A stretch of DNA of 64,000 nucleotides, taken from the NCBI GenBank assembly GCA_019057635.1, contig DXJL01000156.1:32001-96000 (forward strand), read 5' to 3'. The translations under genes were made by a program, and so were the position numbers. Below, in pieces: positions 62,146 to 64,000 of the stretch. The notes below the pieces were generated by a model that saw nothing but the letters and a program-made list of their open reading frames with translations, was not told the origin of the DNA and searched no databases. Source of the DNA: Candidatus Heimdallarchaeota archaeon (GTDB taxonomy: Archaea; Asgardarchaeota; Heimdallarchaeia; Hodarchaeales; Hodarchaeaceae). How positions within the stretch are numbered: the first letter of the stretch is position 1; each line of letters opens with the position of its first letter.

Positions 62146-63555
62146 TCATTGATGAATAGGTCTGCCGAGGGCACATAGAACAGCTTCCTTAAGTGATTCA
62201 TAAACCACAGGATGTGCATGTTGTACTTTGATCAAATCTTCTGCTTTCATTCGATTGGCTACTGCTAATGCTCCTTCTGAAATTATTTCAGTTGCGTAAG
62301 GACCAATAATATGAACACCAACAATCTCTGTAGTTTTTGCATCTAATATAACTTTTACAAATCCTCGGTTGTGTCCAGCAATAATTGCTCTACCATTACC
62401 TTGAAATGGAAATTTCCCAACTAGAATGTCGCCAAAAATTTCACGTGCTTTCTCCTCGGAATGTCCCACAGAGGAAACTTCGGGATTCGTGAAAATTGTG
62501 CTTGGAATGGCGTGGTAACTCATTTCGACATCATGACCGAGTGCATTTTCAACAGCTACCTCACCTTCTTGAGAAGCGGTATAAGCAAGCATTGGTGAGG
62601 GAACTCCCTGTACCACGTCACCAGCAGCATAGATATCAGGGACATTTGTTTCCATTCGTCCATTTACGAAAATACCCCGATCATATTTAATTCCAGCGGC
62701 CCTCAGATTTAATCCATCTATACATGGAATTCGGCCTATAGATACTAAAACAAATTCAGCTTCAATATTATTTTCCTTCCCTTCTTCATCAGTAAACGTT
62801 ACTCGCTTATTTCCTGCAGGTGTATCTGAAATACGAGTCACACGAGAACTTGTGTGAACCCCAATACCAATTTTTTCGAATGAAGCTTTTAATTCCTCAC
62901 CTAGGTCAGCATCTTCCATAGGGAGTAAGCGGGGAAGCATTTCGACTACTGTGACTTCTGTTTCTTCAAAACATCTAAATACACAGGCGAACTCACCTCC
63001 CACTACTCCTCCTCCAATTACGATTAGACTTTGTGGTAGGGCACCGATTTCCAGCATTTCCTTACTAGTTAATACTTTAGCACCATCAATTCCAGGAATT
63101 GGAACAAAGAATGGTTTGCTACCTGATGCAATCACCGTTTTTTTAGTAGTTACTTTGTAATTTGTTTCTAACGATGAAACTGAGATGGTATGCGCATCCA
63201 AAAATCTTCCTTCACCATTTAGTACCCGAATGTTATTCTTCTTCATCAGAAAATTTACCCCCCTAACCAGTCGCTTAACAATCATTGTTTTTCTTTTCAG
63301 AATACTCGGAAAATCCACTCCTATATATTCTGATTTAAGACCAAATCTTGCCATTTCTCGTAATGATTTACAGTGTTTTGCAGATTGTACAAAAACTTTT
63401 GTTGGAATACAACCTCGATTGAGACAGGTACCCCCAATTTGTCCTTTTTCAACTATAACAACATTTGCTCCTAGTTGAGCGGCACGAATAGCGGCAACAT
63501 AACCAGCAGGGCCACCACCAATGATTGTAATATCAGTAGCGATTGATTCTTCCAT
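62146..63555 (-). CDS. lpdA: Dihydrolipoyl dehydrogenase
   Basis: GGGPAG, GGTCLNRGCIP, GGGV.G.E, AAGD, HAHP..YE. Confidence 0.93.
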   Translation of the reverse strand: MEESIATDITIIGGGPAGYVAAIRAAQLGANVVIVEKGQIGGTCLNRGCIPTKVFVQSAKHCKSLREMARFGLKSEYIGVDFPSILKRKTMIVKRLVRGVNFLMKKNNIRVLNGEGRFLDAHTISVSSLETNYKVTTKKTVIASGSKPFFVPIPGIDGAKVLTSKEMLEIGALPQSLIVIGGGVVGGEFACVFRCFEETEVTVVEMLPRLLPMEDADLGEELKASFEKIGIGVHTSSRVTRISDTPAGNKRVTFTDEEGKENNIEAEFVLVSIGRIPCIDGLNLRAAGIKYDRGIFVNGRMETNVPDIYAAGDVVQGVPSPMLAYTASQEGEVAVENALGHDVEMSYHAIPSTIFTNPEVSSVGHSEEKAREIFGDILVGKFPFQGNGRAIIAGHNRGFVKVILDAKTTEIVGVHIIGPYATEIISEGALAVANRMKAEDLIKVQHAHPVVYESLKEAVLCALGRPIHQ

Positions 63556-63789
63556 TTAATAACAACTCTGTACTTAGTAATGTTCGATAATACCTATTGG
63601 TATTCCTTTAAATTAATTCTTAAGTTGCATTGTAGCAAATGCCTCTAACAAGATATTCGTAATAAAAATCTAAAAAGTATATTGAGGAATCAATGTAAGG
63701 AAGTATTTTACCCTGATTCTCAATTTAAATATTCACCAGTTAATCTACTGTTGGATAAGTGATTTTTATTCAGTCCAACCTCATGAGGA

Positions 63790-63999
63790 TTATTTCCTTT
63801 TCTTTGTTTTTCTTTGAACCAGTTTTGGTACTTTTTTCGTTTCAGGGCTTTCTAAAGTCAGAATCATATCCCGTATCTCTGCAGCTTTCTCAAATTCAAG
63901 ATTTTTCGCTGCAAGCTGCATTTCATCTTTTAATGCTTTAAGATACTCCGGTAAGTCTTCTTTTGGAATTTTCTCTCTTTTAATGTCCGTAAAACTCGT
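63790..63999 (-). CDS. uvrB: C-terminal UVR domain, probably UvrB (partial; not in ORF track)
   Basis: Hand translation gives ...LKDEMQLAAKNLEFEKAAEIRDMILTLE...KKRK* with stop at 63790-63792; frame runs off the window end. Confidence 0.75.
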   Translation of the reverse strand, partial: TSFTDIKREKIPKEDLPEYLKALKDEMQLAAKNLEFEKAAEIRDMILTLESPETKKVPKLVQRKTKKRK

Positions 64000-64000
64000 T

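Noticed and set aside
1058-63941. Many short ORFs in the track (e.g. 2127-2441, 14644-14976, 41032-41223, 59755-60336, 63759-63941)
   Set aside because: Mostly antisense or out-of-frame shadows of well-supported genes, with no motifs of their own.
1-64000. CRISPR array, tRNA or rRNA genes
   Set aside because: No regularly spaced direct repeats, cloverleaf/T-loop motifs or long GC-rich RNA tracts seen by eye; a tRNAscan or Rfam run could still find some.

Overview
AT-rich archaeal chromosomal window. TFIIB, Topo VI, HemK2, Rab-like GTPases and a longin-like protein point to an Asgard archaeon, probably Heimdallarchaeia (inference). It holds about 50 mostly housekeeping or metabolic CDSs, and I saw no tRNA, rRNA or CRISPR array. 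Main observations: (1) A tightly linked gyrB-gyrA-top6B-top6A-kinase operon. Top6B is 2318 aa and carries about 28 tandem RadA/Rad51-NTD-like helix-hairpin-helix units, and Top6A has a ubiquitin-like N-terminal extension. (2) A tnpB-only element (22330-23742) with a rearranged RuvC site, bounded by imperfect terminal inverted repeats and a duplicated CATG. It sits exactly in the start codon of a HAD/methyltransferase operon. A 355-bp MITE derivative (41237-41591) keeps both ends, a promoter and a structurally conserved omegaRNA. (3) A CopT-type Lrp-TRASH regulator broken by in-frame stops, divergent from a copA with an extra metal-binding N-terminus. (4) Five DNA methyltransferases with no restriction nuclease nearby. 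(5) A K+-channel-like RCK gene pair lacking a selectivity filter. All calls come from reading motifs by eye; no database searches were run.
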